DNA from: Vicugna vicugna
Lineage: Eukaryota
Direction of reading: 5' to 3'
Assembly (NCBI GenBank): GCA_013265495.1
Contig: MU057651.1
Coordinates: 1,871,674 to 1,935,673, forward strand
DNA: 64,000 bases
Shown here in pieces: positions 25,186 to 38,632 of the stretch. Under the pieces are notes generated by a model. That model was given only the letters and a program-made list of their open reading frames with translations. It did not search any database and had not been told where the DNA came from. The position numbers and the translations under genes are program-made. Position 1 is the stretch's first letter, and the number at the start of each line of letters is the position of its first letter.

Positions 25186-26730
25186 AGTCCAAGAGCCTCC
25201 TAGACTCACATCCTCCCACAGACACACTGAATCTGCAGCTACAGTGCAGAGCAATCAGTGTTCTCTAAAAGAAACCCAGAAGCTAGTTGAGACACCCCCA
25301 TGCTTAGGCACATTAGACCCTTGTTGAAATGGGAAGGAAAAGCTGAGACAGCCTCTGAGGAACACAAATCAGAAAACAACTAACAAAATGGCAATAGTAC
25401 ATCCATACCTATCTATAATTATTTTAAATGTAAATGGATGAAGTTCTCCAATCAAAACAACACAGAGTAATTGAAGAGATTGGAAAAAAAAAAAAGGCAA
25501 GGCTCAACCATATGCTGTCTGTAAGAGACTCATGTGAGCCTTAAGGACACATACAGACAAAGTGAAGCCATGGAAAAAGGAATTCCATGCAAAGGGAAGC
25601 CAAGAGAAAACAAGGGTTGCTATACTTAAATGAGACAAAATAAAGTCTGTGTCAAAGACTATAATAAGAGAAAAAGAAGGTCCTTATATAATGCTAAAAG
25701 GGTCAATCCAACAAGGAGATATACATTTGGAAACATGCTCCCAATATAAGAGCACCTGAATACACAAAGTGAATATTGACAGACTTGAAGAAAGAAAGAG
25801 ACAGCAGTAGTGTAACAGATGGGAACTTCAGCTCCACATTCAACAGTGGATCATCCAGAAAGACAATCAGCGAGGGAACGTTGAACTTACACGTCATGTG
25901 AGACCAGAAACACTGAACAGAACTTTCCGCCCAGCAGCAGCAAAGTGCAACTTCTCCTTGAGCCCACGTGGAACATTCTACAGATCAGATTAATCCACAA
26001 AACACGTCAATAAATGTAAGAAATCAAGTCAAACATCTTTTCTACCACAATGTGATACTAGAAACCAATTATGAGAAGAAAGATGGAAAACTTGCAGATA
26101 ACTAGAGAGTAAATAATATGCTCCTGATCTCCTAATGGGTCAAAGGAAAAATTAAGACAACTCAAAAAGCATCTTGAGACAAAGGAAAATGGAAGCAAAA
26201 CATGCCCACAGGTGTGGGATACGGCAAAAGCAGTGCTCACAGGGAGCTTTATAGTAATGAATTCCTACATTAAGAATAAAAAAAATTTCAAGTAAACAAC
26301 CTAGTTTCACAGCAAAAGGAAAAAAAAAGAACCTTCTGAGCCCTGGAGTTAGCAGAGAAAGGAAATAACAAAGATCAGAGTGGAAATGAATTCAACAGAG
26401 ACTAAAAAGCAATAGGAAAAGATCGATGAATCAAACCACTGTTTTTGTTTTAATATTAATAAGCTCTGAGGATCTAATGCACGTTGAGGCTAGCTCATAA
26501 CACTGTATTTGATAAGTGAAGTTTTCTAAGCGAGTAGAACTTAAATGTTCTCCCCCTGAAAAAGGGTAAATATGTGAGGTGGTGGATGTTTTCAGTGGCG
26601 GGAGGGGAGGAATCATTTCACGATGTACACATCTACCAAGTCAAGACGCATGCTCTATACTTTCCACACCTTACACTTTTCTTTGCCAGTGAGGCCTCAA
26701 TCAGATTTTTAAAAATTCTTAAAAAAAAAA
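25186..26730 (+). mobile_element. Internally deleted L1 (L1MA-like): 5' end + endonuclease region of ORF2 + 3' UTR
   Basis: 5' 'cctagactcacatcctcccacagacacac'; ORF2 start 'aacaaaatggcaatagtacatccatacctatc...aaatgtaaatgga' ~25382; 3' UTR 'ctgaggatctaatg...gtagaacttaaatgttctc' from ~26465; A-tail ~26721. Confidence 0.8.
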
Positions 26731-26734
26731 ACAA

Positions 26735-27210
26735 CATTCAACTGCACCCATCACACTGCACACAGCATGCTACGTCCTTTCCGTGACCGACTCGGTCCTG
26801 CACTCTCTCTCCCAGCTCCAGCTCCAGCTCCATTCCACACCAGCCACGAGCCAGCCACGGACACTCCAGCCAGCCACATGGGCTTTTTCTGTGTGTGGAG
26901 TTCTGTGTTCTTCCTCCTAGGAGATGCCCCCAGCCTGGGGTCCTCATTCCAATGACCCATGCAGGTCCCTTTTTGTCACTCAAATCTGAGACAACTCTCT
27001 GGCCAGACAACTTCAACTAGCATACATCACCGTCCTTCTAATCAATGAGTGAATGACTTTTTCAACTTATTAATTCACTTCCTTCCTCTCTGTCTGCCTT
27101 GTGAGGAGCTACACTCCCCGGGAGTGTGTTTTCTCAGTCAACACTCTTTTTCCATTTCTAAGGACGGAGGAGTGTCTGATGCAGAGAACCCACTCCAAAA
27201 CATGTGTTGC
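26735..27210 (+). mobile_element. L2 LINE remnant (3' part)
   Basis: Continues the L2-like sequence; the end resembles the decayed L2 terminus ('gtgtctgatgcagag...aaacatgtgttg'). Confidence 0.6.
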
Positions 27211-30200
27211 GTTTAGAGATGTGAGGCAGTCATTGGCACAGCAGAATTCAAAGTAACTTGGTAAAAGAAAAAATGCACAATTTACATGTTAAATCTACCT
27301 TTGTTCTTAATTCATTAGTACATTAAAATGAAAATCACTTCTGCAATGAATTTGATCACAAACACATGCAAACGTGAGGTACGGCATTGTTTATCATGAG
27401 CAACACAGGAACACAAAAGTAAAAAGCGCTCACGGGGAACTCACTTTGGGAAGATATCTACGGATTTCAGCTTTGTGAACATACTGAACAAATGGTGAAG
27501 AAGTTACCTTGAGATGCATGAGCTCAAACGAGTTTCTGGATGCAGGACTTTGAGATCCTGGGACCTCTTGATTCCTTGAGAGACAGTATTTTCTCCTTCA
27601 GTGTCTTGGGAACTGTCTGAGTGCAAAGTCACTCTCCAGTTGGACAGGAGGGTTTAGCAGAGTTGACAATTTTGGCTAATTGCTGGGACTGAAGTCTGTG
27701 ATTCCTGACTCAGTCATAACAGTTACGCCAATAAATTCCTTTCTGCTAAAAGCAGGTGGATGGGTCAGTATTCTTTCCTTCTGTTTTTATTTTATTCCGC
27801 TGCCCTGGACGATTCACTGTTAGTGATCACTGCTATTGTGTGAGCAAAAGAAAGCCGTGTTTCTGCAGTAGATGGAAAAGATTGCACATTCCTGGCACTG
27901 ATGCAAGAGCATTCAAATGGTTGACATGGCCGAATAATGCCTTTGGGAAAACTGGCCACCCTCATGGATGCTGAACACTGAATATGGGTTCAGGTCTTGC
28001 TGTTATTTAGTGCACAACATAGATCCACATCCTTGGAATTAACCACGACTGATTTTCCATTTAGTTGCTCCACATCGTCTATAATTCTAAAAACGATGTT
28101 TACGTAAGAAGAAAGGATATGATAAAGGCTGTGCAAAATTCAGGCTGCAGACTTTCTTTGTGAATAATTCATTGTCATCATTCGATCTGACCTTTTTTGT
28201 CCTCCCCCTTAGGAAGTGACAGCTAAAACTTTTCTGTATATGAAAGGATGGTTGAACTATTAGACCTCTGTTGTGGTTCACTTTTTATAAAACTTGTTAT
28301 TACTTTATCTCAGACGAGACAAACTCATGGGATGACATTTTGTTAACACAAGCTCTCAGCTTGCTTGAATCTGCACTTGTTAAATTTTAACCGAGGTCCA
28401 GTACACAGAAAGAGCTAAAAAGAGAAATCTTTCACAGAATCTCGGCTAAGCTTATAATGAAAACCACCCTGCTGGCTTTAGCTCTAATAATAAACTCTCT
28501 TTCGTACGAGGCCTTTCAAAGTTACAGGGTCACAGGGCGCCTGGAAATAAATCTCAAAAAAGAACAGCAAATGCTGGAATCACTTCCAAATCCTTCATGT
28601 CTGCGACTGTAGCAGAGTTAATAAATTGTGGATATAAGTGAATCACTGCATGCAGACCCAGTGGTACATTCGACAGATACAAACGACCAGGTGTTGGGGT
28701 GTTGGAAAGGGGTTACGAGCGTGGGTAATTGCAGAGTTTAGGGGTGAACGCACCCTAAACTGGAGACTATTACGCACTGGAGGGGAGTGGAAGGAGGCGG
28801 GAGGCTGGGCCGGTGGTCATATTCAGGAGCTTGTCAACTGTAATTGGCTAAATCCTTGTTAAAGCAGAAACTACAGAAGCCTTAACCGTTCCTTTTCTGG
28901 GATTATCTCCAACCCAAAGCCCGAGGGACGCCGTCAATCCCCGGCTTTATTTACATAAAGGCGACTAATTGACATTGTTTTGTTTCTCTTTCCTTCCTTT
29001 CACGATCCGGATGACTAAGGACCTGAGTGGGTGGCTTGGCACATTGGGACATTTGACCTTTGAGACCTCTGTGAAGGAGGGTGGCCGGGAGCCCCGTCAC
29101 CTGTTAGGACTTGATTCTCTTTACAAGGAGGTGCTCTGTCTTCCTTCTGATCTCCCCAAACACCCTCCCTCTTTGACCTTCAGCACTTTTACTTTGCCTT
29201 AAACCTGACCTGAGTGTCATTGTAGCCACCGACCCCCAGCTTTGCTTAAATTAACCCTTCGTACCTGGAGGGGGAAATTGTACACGGCTTGTCTCCTGTG
29301 GTGTCACCCACTGGCTGTTTCATTCCTGCTTTAGTGTCAGTAAATATTCCTCTTTTTCTGCATTCTTCATTCTCCAGGGTGAGAAATCTCAAAATACGCT
29401 CTGTTAGCTTTCTCCTGATTAATTTTTCATTAGAACGGGCTTTTTTCTGTCTAGCTGACTGCATTTTCTCTCACGACAATCCATGCTGATTTTCGCTGAG
29501 TTCACTCTCCAAGGTGCTGAAGAATTCTTCTCCGACTTCTGCTGAATTATAAATCACACGCGAGCTTTGTGTATTGGCGCTTACCGTGTTGCTCTTCTTG
29601 TTGGCTCTCCATAAACCATTCTAGGGTAAGTTTGACTTTTTAAGACCCATTGGAACTTGTTAATATAGAGCATATTTCTCACTGCATCATTAAATACTTG
29701 CTGATTTGCATTTTTAGGTACAACGTCCTGCTTCATCAGAGATTCTCTGGATCCGAGGAAAGGTGATTACCAACCAAAGTCAGCACTCTGACTTAATGCT
29801 TAAAATTTAGCCAGTCTTCTGCCAAGTTGTAACCTGTCACCTTAACCATTTTCAACACTTCCATTGACTGAAGTTCAAGACCTTCCTGTTTCTCACCATG
29901 GTCATCTTTTCCCATGCCAGGTTTTGCTGGCCTGAAACCAGAATGCCCTTCATGCTCCTTCAGTGGTCTTTGCCATGGACCTTGTGGAAAAGAGAATTTA
30001 AGATCCATATGACAGCTTTAAAACTATTTGCAAATGCTTGCATTTCCCTGTTGAGTTTTATTGGCTTCATGGAGTTTAAGGTCCACTCACCCGTGTCCCC
30101 TGTGGGGATCTGATGGTGTTGTCACCGGATCCCCAGACGTGACCATGGAAGGTCGAGTGTAGGACAGAGCTGTGTCCCTTCCAAAGGCATGTTTTTTGTG

Positions 30201-30936
30201 CAGCTGGAGGTTACAGTGAGGAGTTTTCAGTCATATCATTCTGTTGAAAAAGACTGAGCTTGCAAGTGAAACGTTTATTGTTAAAATTCAGGCATTGATT
30301 CACTCCCCAAGACACTGCTATTAGAGAGGCCTGGACACGGCTGCATCCTTTCCAGTTCCTCCAGCGCCGCACACGGGCTCGCCTTCCTCCCTGTCTTTGC
30401 CAGCACTTGATGGCGTCTGTGTTTCCTGTATAGCTGTTCTAGTGGGGGGTCAATGGTCCCTGATTTGGGTTTAATTTTGCACTTTCCTAAAGACCAATGA
30501 CATTGGGTAATTTTTCACTTGCTTATTTATCATTCATGTATCTTTTCCCATGAAACGTCTGTTTAAATCTTTCGCCCACTTTTACAATGTGATGTTTATT
30601 TAGTTATTACTGAAAAATTAAGAGTCTTTGACAAGCCTTTTCTCAAATACATGATATGCACATGTTTCCTTGTAGTTTATGGCTTGCCTTTAATTTTATT
30701 CATAATGTCTTTTGAAGCACAAAGTTACACATTTTTGGTTCAATTTACCAGTCTCATTTTTGTGTGCCATGCCTTTGGTGTCATATCGAGGAACTTTTGG
30801 CCCAAACCAAAGTCATGAAGATGTTCTCTTACGTTTTCTTTTAAAAGTCTTATATTTTTAAAAAGAAATTTTAAAAGTTTTTTATAATTTTAGCTCTTTT
30901 ATTCACCTTTGTGATCCAGTTGGAGTTACTTCCTGT

Positions 30937-31163
30937 GTTCTGTTTGTGATAGGGGTCCAAGTTATCAATTGGTTGTTTCTTTCTTTTGTTTTTTTTAGGT
31001 CACGTATAATGCCCAAGTTTATTATCCACTCACTCCTGTAGATTCTATACGTTCTGTTTGTGATAGGGGTCCAAGTTATCACTTGGTTCTTTCTTTCTTT
31101 TTTTTTTTTTTAGGTCACGTATAATGCCCAAGTTTATTATCCACTCACTCCTGTAGATTCTAT
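30937..31163. repeat. Tandem direct duplication, unit ~114 bp (30937-31050, 31051-31163)
   Basis: Both copies read gttctgtttgtgataggggtccaagttatca...aggtcacgtataatgcccaagtttattatccactcactcctgtagattctat, with few differences. Confidence 0.95.
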
Positions 31164-31273
31164 GGCACTGAAAGCTTCGAGCTGAATTTACAAGAGGTGT
31201 ATTTACTGTTATCTGTGGTCCCTACTTGTAGTAAATGACGTTTTCACAATCACAAAATTTCAAATTTCTGTGC
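31090..31273 (-). pseudogene. Putative retroposed polyadenylated RNA 3' end (processed fragment or L1 transduction), source unknown
   Basis: Minus strand ends ...ggatAATAAActtgggcattatacgtgacct followed by poly(A); the sequence does not follow the surrounding L1. Confidence 0.6.
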
Positions 31274-32869
31274 TTTTTTTTTTTTTAACAATTTGCTTCT
31301 GGATGGCCAACTTTTCTGGCATCACTTATGGAAAAAAAACTGTCCTTTATCCATTGAATTACATTGGAGTCTTTGTCAAAAATCAAACAGCCATAATGTA
31401 TCTCCCCGTAGTTTGTTTTTTTGCACTATTTTCAAAACTAACTGCAGCATTTCACGTGGATCATTGTTCAACTGTATCAACATTGGATCAACTGTTAAAA
31501 ATTAAAAGTTTAACAAATTAGAAATGGAGTTTTTTTTAAAAAAACTGAAGTAAAATATTAACAAGTTTGAAGATGCATTTATCCTCACACACAAACGAAG
31601 TGTGCAACAGCAGAGATTTTAAAGGACACAGGAAAGCTTTCAAATGATTAATTCATCCAGAGACAGTGTTAGACCATTAAATTAAGTGCGTATATATATT
31701 TATCCCTCAGTCAGGCAACAACCTAGAAACTCTAGGGGCAGCAAGGACCAGAGGAACCAGGAATTCCCGTGAAGCAACAAGGTGAAGGTCACAGAGGAGA
31801 CAGGCAGTTAAGACTGCAGCCTCTTCAGCTGGGGACCCTGCAGGGAACAGGTGGACGGTCGCTGCTCGGGACTTGCCTGATGAGGGAACGAGGCTGCGAT
31901 GCCACGGAGCCAAACGCCAGCCCCAGGAAATCAGCACGGCTCAGGGAGAACGGGAGGAGGGGACCGATGAAAGGGTCAGCTGTGACAAACACCCACTTTT
32001 AAAGACCAGAGTTAACCGTCGCTGTCATGTGAGCCTTCCTACATTTTAAGATCTGAGCAAATGAGAATGATTTTTGACCAAAGGAAGAAAAATTAAGAAA
32101 GGATACCATTGAATGCTTTGCTGCAAGCTAACGCTGAAAGAGGACGCGAAAAACTTGTCTTGAGCGCCTCCCACGTTGGCCACTGTGCTGGTGCTTCCAC
32201 GCCTGCTCCCTTATTTTCTTAGGCGCCACGTGAAGTATAATATTCAAGGGCAACAGGAAAGAAACGTGTTCAAGACACAGGGGACCCGAGTTCAGATTTA
32301 CGACCAAGTCCTCTTTCCTGGTGCCTCCTGTAGCCTGAAAATGAAACATAAAGAAATATGGTCAGGTGGTTTTTTAATTTTTTAAAATTTTCTTTTTATT
32401 TATTTTTGCCCTGTCCTCTGACTTTCCGGGACTGCACACCCAGTCCCCTTGAGATGAAAAAATGCCCCATCAAAATGCGACCGGTGTTTCATTCATCCCC
32501 GGGGTTCACGCTGCTTTGGTGATAAAGCACCATCAAAAAGCATGCCGCGTCTGCGTGCCGGTAAATTTCTGCTGGGAACTCATTATTAGGAAAGTGTTGC
32601 AAGGTTTCTTTGGGGCAAAATATTTTACTTTTGTTTTATTCTTGTCGCCTCCAGTTCGGCCCGATGAAGTTATGGCTCCTGGTTCCACAGGCTGAGTTCT
32701 TAACCAGGCCAATTTCTGAGGACAGGGAGCAGGGCACGGGCTGAGTCGGTAAGCCCCCTGCCATCAGAATCCTTTCCCCAGAGTGTCACGCGCTGCGCAC
32801 TGGGCTGCGCATTCACGGCATCCCGTCCGTGTCTCTCAGCAGCAGGGCACCCCTCGCATCTCCATTGAG

Positions 32870-33055
32870 GGCGGGTGCTCTCAGAGTGCTGGGTGCCTGA
32901 GAGTCACACTGGGAAATTTAAAAAAAGATAATGCAGTTTCCTGTTGGTTCAAATCGGATCAATTAGCTCTGGGATGGAGTCCCATATATTGAACAAACAG
33001 AACCCAAATCGTCCAGGTGATTTGGTGCAGGCGGCCCCAGAAGACGTGTTGAAAG
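32870..33055. mobile_element. Possible MER5-type hAT DNA transposon remnant
   Basis: 'gagtcacactgggaaatttaaaaaaagataatgc...ctctgggatggagtcc...ccaggtgatttggtgcag' resembles MER5A. Confidence 0.45.
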
Positions 33056-35837
33056 TGTCCCCTGGACTTCCCGTCTCTGTTATGGGCGGGGCATGGTGGA
33101 CGCCAGGACGTGACTCAAGGGTTGGGATATTCCAACTCTGGCTGTAGTCATCACAAGTGACAGGAATGAAAACCAGAAAGGGGGTTGCTGATAATTCGGA
33201 GAAAACAGATCAGATCAGAAGGTCATAAGGCGGCAGAGCCCAGATACGTGTCTAGTCTGGTTACTGCCTGGGGCAGAAAGGGTCACAGCGGTTGACCTGT
33301 TAGCCATGTCTTTCCTGAAAAGGAACTTGGTCAGATCAACTTGTAAAAAATAGCTTGATAATTTGGCCTCTTGGTCATAGGAGGCATGTTGTTTGGTCCA
33401 GGGAGCATCCTTATCTACGGCATGCTAGTAGTTGGGTATCTCTGGTGTCCGCTGTCTATGGGAAACCAACAGCAATCTGATTGCTGGAGGGCTGGCTCTG
33501 CAGAGAATGTCACAGACGATGAATAACTCTCCAGGCGTTGCCCAACGTGAATCCTTGTCACAGTGTGAGAGACCACAAGTCTCCATCGGAAGGAGGAAGG
33601 GGGGCGCTAGGGAGCCATGCAAGGTGTCCCAGAGCTCTTCATGCTTTGTCTGACCCTCTTGGCTGTATCCTTGGAATTGTGAGTAAAGTGTAATCCGGGG
33701 GAAGCTCCCTGACTCCTCTGCTCCGACTTGACAGTCCAGCCCCTGCGCTGGATGTCTCCATGTTCAAAGCGTCGTCCCAGATGGGCTGGTGGGTTAAAGC
33801 ATCTCGCTGCAGAGCCGTGGAGAAGATTTACCGCTTAAGTGATGCCGTGGGAGCCTGGAACTTCACTGCAGTCTCTCAAGGGCCCCTGGAAGGAAGGAAA
33901 TGGTCGGCATGCTTGTGAGAACGAGGTTCTGATTCACAGGCAAAATTGTTAGTTGGAAGGAACCAAACTTACAGTTTCGAACATCCTGGATGTTACAGAG
34001 AAAATTCGAATTTTAGATATTCTGAATATTTTACTTTGAAAATATTGACATTTGCTGCAAGGGAAAAAAAAAGGTCAGATATTTTCCAGCATTGTCTTTG
34101 ACACAAAATAAATACTCTGAACATTCACTGAATGAATAAAAATTACTTTATATCTACCTTGTGAATTTTGTGCAAAGCCATACTTCATTCACCTGGTACC
34201 AACTGATTTGCTGAAATAAATGGATTAAATAGATAGACATAAAAATAATGCATCTCACCATTTTTATACAGAAAGCAAACATACAAATGCTTGCAGCACG
34301 TGGAATTCTAACGTCCATCCTTTACTGAATTATCCAGCCAGGTAAGATGAAATATTATTTCTTCCTGTTATTTTCTGTCATAGTAAAGTTAGAGATAATC
34401 ATTTTCATAAACTCCTAGTTTATTAAAATGCAGGAAGACAAGAGTCTGCCACTAGTATTGGGGGAAAAAAATGGAAAGCAAAATTTCCTGCCAACCCAGG
34501 ACACGGCTCCACAAATGTAGAAAAGACGAGTTTCATTGTTGAGGAAGTGGTCAGTCCGACAGGTGCACATCACAGGCACGTCCCTGGAGAGGTCACAAAA
34601 GCAAAAGGAAAGGTGCAAAACCAGCAGGGAATTCAGGAAGATGCAGCTCAATGCATGCATTTTCTCTGCATGCACAATAGCCAGTCCTCAGGTCGGGGAA
34701 GGTGGTAACCCTTATCATCACCAGCAGTTCATCCTAAATGCACATGGGAATCAAGGTGGCCATCTGTGTTAGCTAGCTGCCTGGGTGCAGAGGAAAAATA
34801 GAACTTCTTCCGTCTCTATGACAAGCAGGCAGCTTTGCAACTTGGAGCCAGGCACTTAAGTTAACCCTAAGTTCAATTCTCACCCTCGCAGGAGAAGGAG
34901 GGGTAGGGACACACTTCCGTGATGTTTGCAGCTCAAAGAGCCGGCTCCCAGGCGGAGCAAGAGCAGCATTTCTTGACTGCAAAACTGGAGAGAATCTCAT
35001 TTAGCTTTTAGCAAAGGATTGCAGGCATCTCAAAGGGACAGAGCAAGGATTTGCAATTGCATTGTACACAGCACATGCTCGAAGAAGGAAGCAGGGGAGG
35101 GCGCTACGCCCTTCTCCCCAGGGACATTTTAAGAACGTATTTTAAGCTTTGTATTTGCTCTCACAGGAGACAAAAATGAGATTTTTACCAGAATTTAGAA
35201 TAAGGCACACATTCTACAAATGTGGCTCTTACTGACTTCAACATTCCTCACAGTTTGTGTATGCGTTCGAAGCAGCTCTCCATCCCACAAGGGCTCATTA
35301 ATAAATCTCAAGGGAACTGTTTGCTTGTGTGAATCAAAAGTCTGTAGTGTATTTTGCTACAAAACACACACACATACAGAGAAATCTGAAGACCAGAGCT
35401 CCACAGTCCCACCTCTTTCCTCCTCCTGAGATATTTTGGAAGCTAAGTGTAAAGGCTTTAGAGCAGTGACTGTTTCATGTTTTATTTGTGGTGGAAATAA
35501 CTCCCTTTGAAAAGCATGCATCTCGAGGAAAGTCTTACAGTGGAAGCGATCAGACTGGTTATTTCAAAAAGAACGGAAAGGTTACTCCAACATTAGCATC
35601 GTCCAACAGGAGCCGTGTGCCCCTGCTGACGCTGGGCTGACAGCCTCCTTCCTCCAGCCGGCCTTCATCAGAGTCCCACCCGGTCTAGCACGTCCCAGGG
35701 AAGGTCTGTCGCTGGCGTTGCAGAAGGCTCCAGAGTGGGCCGAGTGGCCCTCGAGTCCAGTCAGTCACCTGGGAGAGGACCAAGCCCTGAAAGTGCACTT
35801 CGGCATCTCAGACGCATTTTGCATTGTGGGCTAAGAA

Positions 35838-36320
35838 TGTTGCCAGCCAACGATGGTGGCCATCGAGTCATTGGCCTCCACCTCCATCCTGCCCCTGAAG
35901 GTGAGCTGGAGGGGACTCAGGATGCAGACAAGCCTCGGCCACTGCTCCAGCCCCACCGGTGCCCCGAGGGGACTCAGGACGGGAGGGAACAGGACGCTGG
36001 CCCCCGAGAGCTCAGCTGCACATCAAAGGAATGATGCCAATGAGCCCAGAGCTTCGCACCTTCCCTTACGCAGTGAAGCGCTAAATTCCTTACCTTGCGA
36101 TGTCTGCTTTTCTTTAAATAGCCTTTGATGTTCCAACTACCTGGTCTTTGTTAAAAGCAAAAGGAAACAAAACAAATTCCCTGGCTCCCCCCTTTCCTCT
36201 TGGGAGCAGTGTTTCAGAGTGATCTGAGATGCCGTCTCCCGAACTTACGTCCTCAGAAGGTCCACCAAATGGAATGCAACTTTCAACCAACTTCTAGGCT
36301 GTGTATCCTTTCAGGCGACA
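35838..36320 (+). mobile_element. ERV1-class solo LTR (MER34/MER39-like end)
   Basis: TG...CA ends (tgttgcc ... ttctaggctgtgtatcctttcaggcgaca); 'agaat' present at both junctions. Confidence 0.6.
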
Positions 36321-38219
36321 GAATCCCAGGCAGAAATTTGCAGGGGATTAGGGTTGCATGAGGCCCTTCAGGTAAATGAGAAGCACGAGGACTTGAAAAA
36401 GGATGTTGAGAAACGATCCGCTTTTGGGTGGCGATGTGTGAAGTTAGGGGTGTGTGGAGGCCGGCTAGGATGAGAGTTTGGGGACCTCTCTTGAAAAGCT
36501 GAAGCAATGTTTTGTCAGCTGGGGTGCTTTGCACTTTGATCCCGAAGATCCTGACCAAGGAGGCCTTTTCGCGGGGACAGGATGAGATGTGCTGTTGCAA
36601 TGAAATACTTGTCTCCTGACAGCTTGGAATATGACGGGGGGTGGCGGGAAGTTTCTAGAGAAGACTTTGGCAACAGAAGGGGGGTCGAAATGGTAGGAAC
36701 TGGGGAACTGGCAGGAGAGATGGAGAGACCCATTGGGTTAATGTCATCCGAGGTGGGAAGCGGACAGGTGTCCTTTGGGGAGCTGGCCGGAAGCCTGCAC
36801 AGACGGCCAGTGTTTGCCAAAGTGTGCATTGCTGTCAAATGGAAGCCCTTCGATGCTTCTTGTAAATCAACAAAAAGTAGAGCGTATTTTGTAACCAGCC
36901 TTCTTTCTGGGGTGCCTCTGCAGGGGGAGAGGGCGCCGGTCCCGGGCTGCCATGGGCGCCCAGCGGTCTCTTTGATGAGTCCAAGTTGGCACCGGAGGTT
37001 GATGTTAGAAGAGCATTTGGTCCTATCCCCTCCACGCCCCTGCCTGAAGAGTCACTTCCGACCACAGGCATCACTGTGTTGAACCTTCAGATTCCCTCAG
37101 ATGCAGAAACTGGAATGGCTTGTCCCGTGTTCCCGGACTCTTACCTAACAGTGCCGACTTTAGAACCTGTGGCCTAGTTCTCATTGTAAAACTCTCCTAT
37201 ATTTGGTCCCCGCGAGGAAAACGTTTTCACATCTCAAAAAAGCTTTGTTCCCATCCACTTTTTCATGTGAATGAATTAACCAGAGGTGGAGCTACCAGGA
37301 CACATTTCCTCCTTTTCTTTTCCTTTTTTTTTTTAAATTAAAGATCTTTTTTTTTCACGATCAAAAATAGTCAATGTCTAGGAAGTGGCAATGTTCTTGA
37401 CACGATGCCAGAGACGCCAAGCAGAGGACCACGGGATCTCCCCTCGCGAGTGGGACGGTGCTTTGCAGAGAGACGGGACAGGGTCCACCAAGAGAGCTTC
37501 AGTCTTCCTTGTGCTATGCTCCTGATGCCACATTCCAAGGCTGCAATTAGTTTTTTTAATTAGGAGATATTCAGTCCATCTCAGTGGAATGTTCATGGAG
37601 AAACCATAACTCCATAGATAGAATCAGTTTCCTGAAGACCGGAGGCAGGTGATGCCCGGATCGAAGGCATTCCTCGAGGAGCATGTGGAACAGAGAAGGA
37701 ACAGCTCTGGGTGCTCCAAGGGGCCACGGGGCCTCGCATTTGCCAGTTTTAACAGTTCTGCACGCATTTCTTCCTGCGGTGAGCTCACAGCATCTCATAA
37801 AATGGATCAACCTGCCCCAGATCATGGAACTCATTAAAAAAAACACAACCTAATATTTGGGAAAGCTAGGGTGCTAATAAAATTTTGCTTTTGAAGTCTT
37901 TCTTCTGCACTCACTTGTGTCTAGAATTAAACGGCCTCCCCCTGGAAGCAACACCTCAGAATGAGAAACAGCCGCCCCGACCCTGAGCCACAGAAGCAAA
38001 TCTTGCCGGAAAGGGATCCCCTTTGTTAAGGGTCTAATACTCGTTCACCTGCTAGTCCCTTATGTTTGCTGTCAGGTTTAATTAGCAAAATAGTCCCCCA
38101 CAAAGCAAATGCTTCCGTCTTCACTTTTACAGGTAACAAAACAGACAGTAAGTGACAATGGCAGCTCACGCCCAGCTACGGGTCAGACGACTAAAGCTGG
38201 AAGGGAATGTGTGTGTGTA

Positions 38220-38288
38220 TTTGAACCCAGGACCTCCTGCGTGCTAACCACGTGCTCTACCCCTGGCCTCCATCCCACCCCCCACCCC
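38220..38288 (-). mobile_element. vic-1-like SINE head fragment
   Basis: 'ttgaacccaggacctcctgcgtgctaaccacgtgctctacccctg' matches the SINE at 2552-2670. Confidence 0.75.
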
Positions 38289-38390
38289 AGTCTTCTTACT
38301 TTTATTTAGGATTTTTCTGCCTGTCCCCAACTGCCCTTCCCTCCATGGAAGCAAACTTCAAGACTCTGGGCAATTAATAACAGAACCCCG

Positions 38391-38632
38391 TGGGAAGGGA
38401 CACATTTGGGAGTTTGAGATTTGCAAATGTTACCCGCTATATGCCAAAATAGATACAAATAAAACAAGTTTCTTCTGTAGGGCACAGGGAACTGCGTTCA
38501 ATATCTTGTAATAACCGTTAATGAATAAGAATACGGAAAGGAATAGATGCGTAGATATGTAGGTGCGTGACGGGGACAAAGCGATAAACACCAGAAATTG
38601 ACACATTGTAACTGACTGCACTTCAATCAAAA
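38391..38632 (+). mobile_element. Short L1 3' UTR with degenerate 15-bp TSD
   Basis: 'gggagtttgagatttgcaaatg...actgactgcacttcaatcaaaaaa'; flanks aataacagaaccccg (38376-38390) and aatgacagaacctca (38633-38647). Confidence 0.9.

Larger units (their letters stand above)
30330..31420 (-). mobile_element. Old L1 ORF2 fragment, interrupted at ~30975-31285
   Basis: 'gcctttggtgtcatatcgaggaac...aaagtcatgaagatgttctct', 'aggggtccaa', resuming at 'ctgtcctttatccattgaattacattgg...tttgtcaaaaatcaa'. Confidence 0.8.

Noticed and set aside
9250..26450. L1 pieces at 9.25 kb and 25.4-26.4 kb cover roughly complementary ORF2 parts, as if one element were split
   Set aside because: They overlap in consensus position, each has its own putative 5' segment, and the order is wrong; coincidence is more likely
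33144..33733. Possible additional old LTR (TG...CA)
   Set aside because: No second copy, TSD or family match that I can support
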